Positions 36,030 to 45,643 of a stretch of DNA of 64,000 nt are shown in pieces (the stretch's first letter is position 1; every line of letters begins with the position of its first letter). The stretch spans positions 1,888,001 through 1,952,000 of the forward strand of contig JBGANV010000001.1 in assembly GCA_044222185.1 (NCBI GenBank). The letters are read 5' to 3'. The notes under the pieces are model-generated. The model ran no database searches, had not been told where the DNA came from, and was given only the letters and a program-made list of their open reading frames with translations. A program made the translations under genes and the position numbers. The stretch comes from Planctomycetota bacterium. GTDB lineage: Bacteria > Planctomycetota > GCA-002687715 > CAIWVZ01.

Positions 36030-36578
36030 ATGCTCTGTCAAGCGTGCGGCAAGACCGAAGCGATCGTGCGGTTCACCGACATGGTGGACGGCGAGAAGCG
36101 CCAGTTCTGGCTCTGCCCCGCGTGCGTCGTCGCCAAGGGTGTCGTCCTCGAGCCCGCCGTGTTCGCCACGGTCGCACCCCTGCCCCCGGCCGTCGAAAAC
36201 CTCATCACCCCGGTGATCGAAGCCCTGAAGAGCTCCGTCCAGAAGGCCGCCCAGACGTCACGGGACCCGGACAAGACCTGCCCCGAGTGCTCCATCACCT
36301 TCGCCGAGTTCAAGAAGCGGGGGCGGCTCGGTTGCCCCCACGACTACGTCGCGTTCGAGGAGGAGCTTGGGGCGCTGCTCGAGAAGATTCACGGCCGCAG
36401 CGAACACCGCGGCAAGGTGCCCCAGACCGTGAAGAACCGGCGTGCGATCAGGCATCGCCTCGACGCCATACGCCGAGAACTCGAGCAGGCGGTACAGGAG
36501 GAGGACTACGAACGGGCGGCGAGCCTGCGAGATCGCCTGAGGGATCTGCAGAAGTCCGATGGGGACTCGGATGACTGA
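36030..36578 (+). CDS. mcsA: Protein-arginine kinase activator McsA
   Basis: CQAC, CPAC, CPEC, GRLGCPHDY, HRGKVP, UVR motif EDYERAASLRD. Confidence 0.92.
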   Translation: MLCQACGKTEAIVRFTDMVDGEKRQFWLCPACVVAKGVVLEPAVFATVAPLPPAVENLITPVIEALKSSVQKAAQTSRDPDKTCPECSITFAEFKKRGRLGCPHDYVAFEEELGALLEKIHGRSEHRGKVPQTVKNRRAIRHRLDAIRRELEQAVQEEDYERAASLRDRLRDLQKSDGDSDD

Positions 36579-37620
36579 GATTCCCACGCGCGGAGTCTGG
36601 TTCCGAGCGATCGGCCCTGAAGCCGACGTCGCCATGTCGACCCGGATCCGGCTGGCGAGAAACGTCCACGGCTTCCCCTTCCCCGGCCATATCGCCGGCG
36701 ACAAGAAGACGGAACTCGAAGTGCGCCTGCGCGATTGGATCAACCAGTCCCGTGTGGCCGAGAACTTCCAGTACCTGAACCTGAATGGACTGCCCCAACT
36801 CCAGCGCACGCTCCTCGTCGAGGAGCACATCATCTCGCGCGAGCTCGCGAACGGAAGCGGCGACCGCGGCGTGACCTATGCGCTCGGCGACATGGTCAGC
36901 GTCATGACGAACGAGGAGGACCACCTGCGGATCCAGGTTCTCCGCACGGGATTGGCGCTCCGCGCCGCGTTCGACGCGATCTCGGTCATCGACTCCAAGC
37001 TCGAGCGGGTGATCCCCTACGCGTACCACGACACGTTCGGGTACCTGACATCCTGTCCGACGAACTGTGGCACCGGCATGCGCATTTCGGTGATGCTCCA
37101 CCTGCCTGCGCTGGTTCTCGCCAACCAGATCCAGAAAGTGTTTCAGGCCGCGACCAAGGTCGGTCTCACGGTCCGCGGCTTCTATGGCGAGGGCACCAAC
37201 GCCTCCGGCGACTTTTTCCAGATCAGCAACCAACATACGCTCGGCAGGACCGAAGAAGATCTACTGACAGATGTCGAGCGGATCGTGACGAAGATCGTTG
37301 AGTACGAACGCGGAGTCCGCCGGCATCTCATGGACGCGAAGCGTGTGGTGCTGGAGGACAAGGTGTGGCGCTCGCTCGGTCTGCTGCGGTACGCCCGCAA
37401 GCTGACGTCCGACGAGGCGATGGAACTGCTGTCAGCGGTTCGCCTCGGCGTGACGTTGGAACTTGTGCCAGGGTTGAACGTAGCCGACGTCAACGAGCTC
37501 TTCGTCCTGACACAGCCGGCTCACCTCCAGGCGCTCAAGGGAAGAACGCTGGAGGCTGCCGACCGTGACGTCGCACGCGCATCGCTGGTGAGGGACCGTC
37601 TCAAGCCGGAACTGAACTGA
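36571..37620 (+). CDS. mcsB: Protein-arginine kinase McsB
   Basis: STRIRLARN, NEEDHLRIQ, GYLTSCPTNCGTGMR, VRGFYGEG, QISNQ, TQPAHLQ. Confidence 0.95.
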   Translation: MTEIPTRGVWFRAIGPEADVAMSTRIRLARNVHGFPFPGHIAGDKKTELEVRLRDWINQSRVAENFQYLNLNGLPQLQRTLLVEEHIISRELANGSGDRGVTYALGDMVSVMTNEEDHLRIQVLRTGLALRAAFDAISVIDSKLERVIPYAYHDTFGYLTSCPTNCGTGMRISVMLHLPALVLANQIQKVFQAATKVGLTVRGFYGEGTNASGDFFQISNQHTLGRTEEDLLTDVERIVTKIVEYERGVRRHLMDAKRVVLEDKVWRSLGLLRYARKLTSDEAMELLSAVRLGVTLELVPGLNVADVNELFVLTQPAHLQALKGRTLEAADRDVARASLVRDRLKPELN

Positions 37621-37669
37621 CGTTTGCAGGACGCCGCCCCGCGGTTGTCGTCCGCCGTTGGAGAATCTG

Positions 37670-40204
37670 ATGTTCGATCGTTTCACGGACCGGGCACGCA
37701 AGGTGATGGGGCTCGCTCGGCAAGAGGCCCAGCGACTCAATCACGAGTACATCGGGACAGAGCACATCCTCCTGGGTCTCGTCCAGGAAGGGAGCGGTGT
37801 CGCCGCCAACGTGCTCAAGAACCTCGACATCGATCTGAAGAAGATCCGTCAAGAGGTGGAGAAGCTGGTCAAGGCCGGCCCCTCCATGGTCACGATGGGT
37901 CAGCTTCCCTTCACGCCGAGGGCGAAGAAGGTCCTCGAGCTCGCGCTCGAGGAGGCGTCGAACCTCGGACACAACTACATCGGGACCGAGCACATCCTCC
38001 TGGGCCTCATCCGCGAGCGCGACGGAAAGGCCGCCAAGGTGCTCACGAACCTCAGCGTCAAGCTCGAGACGGTCCGCGAAGAGGTCCTGGACTTCCTCGG
38101 CGCCGACGTCTCCAATGCCGAGGCGGCGGAGAAGGAACAACCGGCCGCGCCTGCGACGCCGCCCGCTCCGGGCAATGGCAACACGCAAAACAGCAAGTCG
38201 AAGACGCCGGCTCTCGATTCGTTCGGTCGTGACCTCACGGAGTTCGCCCGCGAAGGCAAGCTCGATCCGGTGATCGGTCGCGCGAAGGAGATCGAGCGCG
38301 TCATCCAGATCCTGTGCCGGCGCACGAAGAACAACCCGGTGCTGCTCGGCGAGGCGGGCGTCGGCAAGACCGCGATCGTCGAAGGGCTCGCCCAGAGCAT
38401 CGTCCGCGGCGACGTGCCCGAGTTGCTGCTCGACAAGCGGATCGTCGTGCTCGACCTCGCCATGATGGTCGCTGGCACGAAGTACCGCGGACAGTTCGAA
38501 GAGCGCATCAAGGCTGTGATGACGGAGGTCCGTCGCGCACGCAACGTGATCCTCTTCATCGACGAATTGCACACGTTGGTCGGGGCCGGTGGCGCCGAAG
38601 GTGCCATCGACGCAAGCAACGTGCTGAAGCCCGCGCTGTCGCGTGGCGAGGTGCAGTGCATCGGCGCGACGACGCTGGACGAATACCGCAAGTACATCGA
38701 GAAGGACGGGGCCCTCGAGCGTCGCTTCCAGACGATCATCGTCGAGCCGCCGAGCAAGGAGGAGGCCGTCGAGATCCTCCGCGGGCTCCGCGACAAGTAC
38801 GAAGCCCACCACCGCGTCCGGTACACCGACGAGGCGCTCAGCGCCGCAGTCGAGTACTCGTCGCGGTACATCTCGGGGCGGTTCCTGCCGGACAAGGCGC
38901 TGGACGTCGTCGACGAAGCGGGCGCCCGCCTTCGTCTGCGCGCCATGACGCAGCCGTCCGAGATCAAGGAGCTCGAGGGCGAGATCGCCCGGCTCGACAA
39001 GGACAAGGAGGAGTCCGTCGCGGGTCAGGACTTCGAGCGCGCCGCCCAGCTGCGCGACCAGGCCTACCGTCTTCGCAAGAAGAAGGAGCAGATGGTCACG
39101 GAGTGGAAGGAGCGAAGCCGCAGCGAGGATGGAGTCGTCGATGCGGATGCCATCGCCGAAACCGTCTCGAAAATGACGGGCGTCCCGCTCACGCGGCTCG
39201 ACCAAGGCGAAGCGACCCGGTTGCTCAAGATGGAGGACGAGCTCAAGAAGGCCGTCGTCTCGCAGGACGAGGCCATCCACGCGATCGCGAAGGCCGTTCG
39301 CCGGTCGCGCTCGGGCATGAAGGATCCGCGCCGTCCCATCGGCTCGTTCATCTTCCTGGGCCCGACGGGCGTCGGAAAGACGCACCTCGCGAAGCAGCTC
39401 GCCAAGTTCATGTTCGGGAGCGAGGACGCGCTGATCCAGATCGACATGTCCGAGTACATGGAGAACTTCAACGCCTCGAAGCTCGTGGGGGCGCCCCCGG
39501 GCTACGTGGGCTACGAGGAGGGTGGCCAGCTCACCGAGAAGGTGCGTCGCCGCCCCTACAGCGTCGTCCTGCTCGACGAGATCGAAAAGGCACACGCCGA
39601 CATCTTCAACATGCTCCTCCAGATCATGGAGGAGGGCCGTCTCACCGACTCGTTCGGCCGGCAGATCGACTTCAAGAACACGGTCTTGATCATGACGTCG
39701 AACATCGGCGCCAACGTGATCAAGAGCCGTACGGGGCTGGGATTCCACACGACCGCCGAGGAAGCGTCCGGCAACAAGATGCGGGACCTCCTGAAGGGCG
39801 AGGTGGACCGGTTCTTCCGTCCCGAGTTCCTGAACCGTGTCGACGAGATGATCTTCTTCCGTCCGCTGGACCGCGAGGACCTGAAGCACATCGTGAGCAT
39901 CCAGCTCACCGACGTGCTGACGCGCATCGCGAAGAAGAACATCCACCTGAACATCACGGAGGAGGCGAAGGAGTTCCTGCTCGACAAGGGCTATTCGACC
40001 GAGTACGGCGCACGGCCCATGCGTCGTGCGATCGAGCGCTACGTCGAAGATCCGCTGTCCGAGGAGATCCTCCGCGGGAACATCAGCGAAGGCGCCACGC
40101 TCGACGTGCGCGTCGGGATGGATGCGCTCACGTTCCTCCCGGCGCCGGTGGCCGAGCCCAAGACGCCGCCGCCGCCCGTGGGTGCGACGCTCACGGGACC
40201 CTGA
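37670..40204 (+). CDS. clpC: ATP-dependent Clp protease ATPase ClpC
   Basis: [10 protein letters not shown], two Clp-N repeats, Walker A GEAGVGKT and [12 protein letters not shown]-domain, LGF ClpP-docking loop. Confidence 0.96.
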   Translation: MFDRFTDRARKVMGLARQEAQRLNHEYIGTEHILLGLVQEGSGVAANVLKNLDIDLKKIRQEVEKLVKAGPSMVTMGQLPFTPRAKKVLELALEEASNLGHNYIGTEHILLGLIRERDGKAAKVLTNLSVKLETVREEVLDFLGADVSNAEAAEKEQPAAPATPPAPGNGNTQNSKSKTPALDSFGRDLTEFAREGKLDPVIGRAKEIERVIQILCRRTKNNPVLLGEAGVGKTAIVEGLAQSIVRGDVPELLLDKRIVVLDLAMMVAGTKYRGQFEERIKAVMTEVRRARNVILFIDELHTLVGAGGAEGAIDASNVLKPALSRGEVQCIGATTLDEYRKYIEKDGALERRFQTIIVEPPSKEEAVEILRGLRDKYEAHHRVRYTDEALSAAVEYSSRYISGRFLPDKALDVVDEAGARLRLRAMTQPSEIKELEGEIARLDKDKEESVAGQDFERAAQLRDQAYRLRKKKEQMVTEWKERSRSEDGVVDADAIAETVSKMTGVPLTRLDQGEATRLLKMEDELKKAVVSQDEAIHAIAKAVRRSRSGMKDPRRPIGSFIFLGPTGVGKTHLAKQLAKFMFGSEDALIQIDMSEYMENFNASKLVGAPPGYVGYEEGGQLTEKVRRRPYSVVLLDEIEKAHADIFNMLLQIMEEGRLTDSFGRQIDFKNTVLIMTSNIGANVIKSRTGLGFHTTAEEASGNKMRDLLKGEVDRFFRPEFLNRVDEMIFFRPLDREDLKHIVSIQLTDVLTRIAKKNIHLNITEEAKEFLLDKGYSTEYGARPMRRAIERYVEDPLSEEILRGNISEGATLDVRVGMDALTFLPAPVAEPKTPPPPVGATLTGP

Positions 40205-40241
40205 TCGCGCCAGCTGATCGGGCGCGCGAGAGTGCGACGAT

Positions 40242-40280
40242 GCGGGAGGCCGGGTTCACCCCGACCTCCCGTCTTCATTT
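40242..40280 (+). terminator. Probable intrinsic terminator after clpC
   Basis: GCGGGAGGCCGGG-TTCAC-CCCGACCTCCCGT hairpin followed by CTTCATTT. Confidence 0.5.
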
Positions 40281-40535
40281 CCAGGCGCCCAGGTTGCGCT
40301 GATCTCATCCACCGCGCCGTTGCGAGCCGGGACCGACGTGCATCTATCGTCCAACGTTCGCACCGTCGTGACGATCCCTCTCTTCAGAACGACGCGGGGC
40401 GAAACCAACCTCGACGCGGCCTCGAAGCGCGCATAAACGACGGTGCCGGGCCATCGGTTCAAATCCGTGGCGCGCTGCGTCGCCATTCTCGCCAATCGAG
40501 ATTTCCCGGCCCGATCTGTGGTATCTGGGAGCACC

Positions 40536-41570
40536 ATGAAAGCGCTGTTGCTGATCCTCGTCTGCGCGCTGATCCTCTCTGCGTCGGCCATCACGATCAT
40601 CGACAAGTTCAAGGCGAAGCCGCCGGAACCGCAGTCGGCTTCGCGCATGCAGGCGGCCGCCGGCAAGACGGATCCAGCCCTGCTGGATCGCATGGACCGG
40701 ATCGAGAAGCTCCTCGCGGACGTCACGGAGATGCTCCAGATCCCGCCGATCGACCCGGCGACGGCGAGCCGCCCGACGGAGCCTGGTGAAGACCCGCGCC
40801 CGCTCCCCGTCGGACTCGGACAACGGTTGCAATACGTGGAGTCGGCGCTCGTCGACCTGCAGCGGCAGTCGAACCTCGACATCATGCAGCTGTACTCGAA
40901 GCTCAACAAACATCTGAACGAGTTCGAGGTCGAGCTGGCCGCGGTGACGTCGCGCCCGTCGAAACACGCCCCGTCCACGGACGACCTGAAGAAGCTCGGC
41001 GTCAACTACAACGCCGCCGAGAAGCGCATCGACATCGAGGCGATGTTCACCCAGCCTACGCGCACGCTCGAGTTCTTCGGCGTCGCGTCCGGCGGGAACG
41101 CCTACGAATCCATGCTGGTTCTGAACGTGACACCGAGCGCGTTGAAACGAGCGATCGCCTCCATGGAGGTGAAGGAGGCGGATGACCCGGACCCCCGCTC
41201 GCAGTTGCCGCCGCGTGGCGACGGCGTCTACGTCTACGTGACGTGGGAAGGACGCGCCAAACCGTGCCGCATCGAGGACCTTGTGATCGGAGCCTCGGGT
41301 GGCGGGAAGCTTCCGCACACGAAGTTCGTGTTCACGGCCAGCCGTGAGTTCGTCGATCGCGTGACGTGGGAGGACCACTTTGCCGCCGACGTTTACAAGA
41401 ACGTCGTCGCTCTCGCCTGGCGCTACGCCTCGGACTGCGTGCTCGCCTGCCCACTCATGGAGGCGCAATACGAGGATCGATGGGTCCCCGACATGGCGGC
41501 TGTCCCCGCGGCCGAGACGCACGCCACGCTGATCATCCTCCGCGAGCCGCGGAGCGACTGGGACACGTGA
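40536..41570 (+). CDS. Exported protein with coiled coil and YdjY-like domain
   Basis: Signal/TM MKALLLILV, LEFFGV...AYESML, GDGVYVYVTW, FVFTAS, RWVP...VPAAET pattern. Confidence 0.65.
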   Translation: MKALLLILVCALILSASAITIIDKFKAKPPEPQSASRMQAAAGKTDPALLDRMDRIEKLLADVTEMLQIPPIDPATASRPTEPGEDPRPLPVGLGQRLQYVESALVDLQRQSNLDIMQLYSKLNKHLNEFEVELAAVTSRPSKHAPSTDDLKKLGVNYNAAEKRIDIEAMFTQPTRTLEFFGVASGGNAYESMLVLNVTPSALKRAIASMEVKEADDPDPRSQLPPRGDGVYVYVTWEGRAKPCRIEDLVIGASGGGKLPHTKFVFTASREFVDRVTWEDHFAADVYKNVVALAWRYASDCVLACPLMEAQYEDRWVPDMAAVPAAETHATLIILREPRSDWDT

Positions 41571-42781
41571 GCGCCACTGCGCGCGACGCACTCTTGCCGG
41601 AGACCTCGGCCCTCGCTCGCCGCGTCGTCGCCGAGGGGCGCCGCGACCGAGCGATCGCAGCGCTGGGCGCCGCCGCGCTCATCCTCGGTGTCGGCGCCGG
41701 CTTCGGCGAAGGCCTGGCACGAGCGGTCTTCGTCCCCGGGCTTCGAATCGCCGAGTGCTTCATCGGAGGCGCCGCACTTGCATTCGCATGGAGGGGCGCC
41801 CGCCGCGCCCGCCGAGCGGATCCGGGCTGGGCCGCGCGAGCCGACGAATCACCCCGTGCCGAAGGGACCTTCGCAGCGCTCTGCGCGGCAGGCACCACGG
41901 CGACGTTCCGCCCGCTGCTCGAGGCCCGCGCCGAAGTGCTCGCGCACGAGGCGCTCGCGGTCCCTCGCGCTCCGTCGACGGCGATGCCTGGTGCGCTGCG
42001 GTCCGCGGCCGCCCTCGGGCTCGCCGTCGTGATCGCTCTGCTTCCGGGACGTGTCCCATCGCCCGCAGCGCTCGATGACGCCCGACAACGTCAAGCCGCC
42101 GAGCAGGGCCGCCGGCTCGAGAGTGTGTCCGACCTGTCTCCCGACGACCGCCGTGCCGTCCGAGACGCAGGTCGAACGCTGGCCAGCGTGGATCTCACGC
42201 GGACCGAAGTCGCAGCCGCCCGCGCACGCGTCGACGCAGCGCGCGGCACGGCTCTGGCCGACGTTCGCCGCGTCGCCGAGGAACTCGGACGTTCGAAGGA
42301 CCTCGCCGATGCCGCTCGCGCCATGGCACTCGACGATCCGGCGACCCTTCGTCGCCTCGTCGAGGAGCTCAAGCGTCGCCTCGCCGCGGGGGCAATCGGG
42401 CCCGAGGGAACGAACTCCATCTCCGAAGCGATCGCGGCGGCGGCGATCGCACTGCGTGGCGACGACCCGCTGCGCGAGGAACTCGGTGACGCCGCCCGCA
42501 GGGTGGCAAACGCCACGGGAGCCGGATCTGCTGCAGCCGTTGGCGACGCGTTCTCGGCCATCGAGAAGCGACGTCAGGCAGCGGCCACGCTCACGGACGC
42601 CGTCATCACCCTCACCGAGGGCGATCACCAGCGAGGTCGGGGAACGGGTGGCTCGGTGCTGAACCCGTCACCCTCGCCGCAGGTGGCTCAGGGCCGAGAG
42701 CCGCGAGGCCGGAGCCCACGCGCGAGCGCGGCACCATCGTCCGACGACATCGTCGTGCGGCGGTATTTCGGGCTCGAGTGA
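41567..42781 (+). CDS. Hypothetical membrane protein with Ala-rich coiled coil
   Basis: GTG overlaps the upstream stop (GTGA). Three TM segments and a C-terminal VVRRYF. Confidence 0.6.
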   Translation: MSATARDALLPETSALARRVVAEGRRDRAIAALGAAALILGVGAGFGEGLARAVFVPGLRIAECFIGGAALAFAWRGARRARRADPGWAARADESPRAEGTFAALCAAGTTATFRPLLEARAEVLAHEALAVPRAPSTAMPGALRSAAALGLAVVIALLPGRVPSPAALDDARQRQAAEQGRRLESVSDLSPDDRRAVRDAGRTLASVDLTRTEVAAARARVDAARGTALADVRRVAEELGRSKDLADAARAMALDDPATLRRLVEELKRRLAAGAIGPEGTNSISEAIAAAAIALRGDDPLREELGDAARRVANATGAGSAAAVGDAFSAIEKRRQAAATLTDAVITLTEGDHQRGRGTGGSVLNPSPSPQVAQGREPRGRSPRASAAPSSDDIVVRRYFGLE

Positions 42782-42807
42782 CGTCGAACCCGAGGCCTGG
42801 CGATCCG

Positions 42808-44394
42808 TCAGCCGACGACGGCCGGACGGGGCGGCGCATCGACGATCGGGTGGCGCGCCAGACGGCCCTGAAACAGCGACAGCAGCGCGATGTACCAGAA
42901 CCCGACGAAGAACAGGCAGAGGAACGGCAGGGTCCCCCAGAGCCTTTCGGAGCACGCGTATCCGAGCACGGCGGTGAAGTAGACGGCGAAGGCCAGCTCC
43001 ACGAACGGAACCAGGTTCCGCACGCCGCGGTAGCGCTTCTTCACCCACGCGTTCGGGCCGTCGTTCGACGCGGCGTCGTACTTCGGCGTGCGGACGAAGC
43101 CGCTCTCGTGACCGAGCAGGGCCTCGAGGACCGCCTTGGCTTGATTGATCGTAAGGCCGATGCCCACGGCGAGCATCATGGGAACGGCGAGGATCCGCGA
43201 CTTCCAGTCCTTGTACCCGAGCTTCTGCGCGAAGGTGTAGAAGATGATCACGGAAGCCGTTGCCATCAGGAACAGCCCGAGATCGATGAGGCCGCCGAGC
43301 GTGCTGCTCGCGACCCGGTTGCGCGCCACGAGCATCGGCAGAGTCAATCCGCAGATCCCCAGCATGAGCAGGTACGCCATGTTGCCGGTCAAGTGGAAGA
43401 AGGCCTCCATCTTCACGGCGAACGGCTGATTGCTTCTCAGGATGTCCGGGAGGATCTTCTTCATCACCTGAACGCTGCCCTTCGCCCAGCGATGCTGCTG
43501 GCTCTTGAACGCGTTCATCTCGACCGGCAACTCGGCCGGACAGACGAGGGTGGAGTCGTAGACGAACTTCCACCCGCGAAGCTGGGCGCGATAGGACAGA
43601 TCCATGTCCTCGGTGAGCGTCTCGCAGTGCCACCCGCCGGCATCGGCGATGGCTTCGCGGCGCCACAGCCCGGCGGTGCCGTTGAAGTTGAAGAACAGGC
43701 CGCTGCGGTTGCGCGCCGGGTGCTCGACGAGGAAGTGCCCGTCGAGCATGATCATCTGGACTTTCGTCAGCAGGCTTTCCTGGTCGTTGATGTGACCCCA
43801 GCGTCCCTGGACGACGGCGACGCGCGGATCCGAGAAGTAGTGCACCGCCCGCGTCAGGAAGTCGACGGGCGGCCGGAAGTCGGCGTCGAAGATCGCGACG
43901 ATGGGGAACTTGGCGGTACGGAGGCCGTTTTCGAGAGCCCCGGCCTTGAAGCCACCCCGGTCCTCGCGGTGAACGAATTCCACGTCGATGCCGCGCGCGC
44001 GCCATGCTGCGCACGCCTGCGCGGCGATGAATCGTGTCTCGTCCGTGGAATCATCCAGCACCTGGATGTGGAGACGGTCGCGGGGGTAGTCGATCGCGCA
44101 TACGGAGTCGAGCAGCCCTTCGACGACGTACTTCTCGTTGAACAGCGGCAGCTGGACCGTGACGCCTGGGAGATCGGCCCGGTCGAAGATCCGCAGGGGT
44201 TTCGGCTGGTTCTTCCGCGAGCGCCAGTAGTGGAACAGAAGCGTGTAGCGATGCCCCCCGTACAGCGAGAGAAGGACCAGGATGGCCACGTAGGTGACGG
44301 CCAGGATCGTGATCAGGACGGAGTCGTCGCCCGCGCCAGAGATGGCCTCGCGAAGCAGACGGTTGTTGAACACGGCAAAACTGTGCGCGAACAT
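42808..44394 (-). CDS. Processive glycosyltransferase family 2 (CslA/cellulose-synthase-like)
   Basis: VTVQLPLFNE, QVLDDS, FKAGAL, IFDADF, FNGTAG, TEDMDL, QQHRWAKG, FVRTPKY, multiple TM helices. Confidence 0.92.
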   Translation of the reverse strand: MFAHSFAVFNNRLLREAISGAGDDSVLITILAVTYVAILVLLSLYGGHRYTLLFHYWRSRKNQPKPLRIFDRADLPGVTVQLPLFNEKYVVEGLLDSVCAIDYPRDRLHIQVLDDSTDETRFIAAQACAAWRARGIDVEFVHREDRGGFKAGALENGLRTAKFPIVAIFDADFRPPVDFLTRAVHYFSDPRVAVVQGRWGHINDQESLLTKVQMIMLDGHFLVEHPARNRSGLFFNFNGTAGLWRREAIADAGGWHCETLTEDMDLSYRAQLRGWKFVYDSTLVCPAELPVEMNAFKSQQHRWAKGSVQVMKKILPDILRSNQPFAVKMEAFFHLTGNMAYLLMLGICGLTLPMLVARNRVASSTLGGLIDLGLFLMATASVIIFYTFAQKLGYKDWKSRILAVPMMLAVGIGLTINQAKAVLEALLGHESGFVRTPKYDAASNDGPNAWVKKRYRGVRNLVPFVELAFAVYFTAVLGYACSERLWGTLPFLCLFFVGFWYIALLSLFQGRLARHPIVDAPPRPAVVG

Positions 44395-44515
44395 GGGCTC
44401 CTCGTGGATTCTGCCCGGGTGCGCTCGCCGCGATCCTCCCGCTGCCGCAGAGCGCCGCGGATCTTAGGTTTGCGCCGAAAGCCGATCAAGACCGCAGACC
44501 GCGCCGGAGGCCGTC

Positions 44516-45616
44516 ATGGATGAATCACCCGACTCCGCTTCGCGCACTGCGAACGCCAACCCCTTCGACATCGAGCTTTACGATTTCCGCCTGCCCGATG
44601 AACTGATCGCGCAGACGCCGGCATTGGAGCGAGATCAGGCCCGCATGCTGGTGCTCGATCGCTCCAACCACTCGATGCTCGACCGTTCGGTGCGCGACCT
44701 GGTCGGATTCCTGAAGCCGAACGACCTGCTCGTCCTCAACGACACTCGCGTCGTGCCGGCGCGTGTCCTCGGCCGCCGGACCGACACCGGCGGAAGGATC
44801 GAGGTGTTCTTTCTTCGGTTTTCGGACGGCGAACAGGAAGTGCTGCTGAAGACCCGCGGCGCCATCGCGCCGGGGATCACGCTGACCGTGGACGGCGAGG
44901 GCGGATCACAGTCGCTGACGGTCCTCAAGCGTGCGCCGGTCGGGACGTGGACGGTCCGGACCGGGCTGAGGGGCGACGAACTGCTCGCATGGCTTGGGCG
45001 CGTGGGGCGCACGCCGTTGCCACCCTACATTCGCCGAAAGGCGGATGACGTGTCGTCCCGAGCCAGCGACGCAACGCGCTACCAGACCGTCTACGCTTCG
45101 GCGCCCGGCGCTGTCGCTGCGCCGACCGCCGGCCTCCACCTCACGGACTCGTTGCTGCGCGCACTCGGAGACGCCGGCGTTCGCCGAACGACCGTCACTC
45201 TTCACGTGGGTCTCGGGACCTTCCGAACCGTGTCGACGACCGACATCCGCGAGCACCAGATGCACTCCGAATGGTTCTCGGTTTCGGCGCAGGCTGCAGA
45301 CGACGTCGCCCGCACGCGCCGAGACGGTGGAAGGATCGTGGCCGTCGGCACCACGAGCGTGCGTGCCCTCGAGAGCGCGGCGCGCGAGGACGGCGTGGTC
45401 GCCGCAACCTCGGGTGAGACGCGGATCTTCATCCATCCCCCGTACCGGTTCCGCGCCGTCGACGCGCTCATGACGAACTTCCACGTTCCGAAGAGCACGC
45501 TGCTCATGCTCGTGTCGGCGTTCGCCGGACGCGAGTTCGTGCTCGAAGCCTACAAGCACGCCGTCCGGCAGAAGTACCGGTTGTTGTCGTTCGGCGACGC
45601 CATGCTCATCGTCTGA
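44516..45616 (+). CDS. queA: SAM:tRNA ribosyltransferase-isomerase
   Basis: LPDELIAQTP, NDTRVVPAR, PLPPYI, YQTVYA, AAPTAGLH, LHVGLGTF, TNFH, SFGDAM. Confidence 0.97.
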   Translation: MDESPDSASRTANANPFDIELYDFRLPDELIAQTPALERDQARMLVLDRSNHSMLDRSVRDLVGFLKPNDLLVLNDTRVVPARVLGRRTDTGGRIEVFFLRFSDGEQEVLLKTRGAIAPGITLTVDGEGGSQSLTVLKRAPVGTWTVRTGLRGDELLAWLGRVGRTPLPPYIRRKADDVSSRASDATRYQTVYASAPGAVAAPTAGLHLTDSLLRALGDAGVRRTTVTLHVGLGTFRTVSTTDIREHQMHSEWFSVSAQAADDVARTRRDGGRIVAVGTTSVRALESAAREDGVVAATSGETRIFIHPPYRFRAVDALMTNFHVPKSTLLMLVSAFAGREFVLEAYKHAVRQKYRLLSFGDAMLIV

Positions 45617-45643
45617 GATCACTCCCCGCCTCCGCGCACACAC

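Noticed and set aside
37601-39946. 781-aa minus-strand ORF (and similar long antisense ORFs over the GT2 gene, groEL and czcB)
   Set aside because: Stop-free antisense frames are expected opposite conserved, high-GC3 genes; no recognisable motifs.
40426-40480. Functional tRNA or tmRNA
   Set aside because: No anticodon arm, no CCA, no G3-U70 pair or tag frame; kept only as a structured-element finding.
44464-44488. Sigma-28-like TTAGG...GCCGATCA upstream of queA
   Set aside because: Spacer is 2 nt too short, the -35 match is poor, and GCCGAT is frequent at this GC content.
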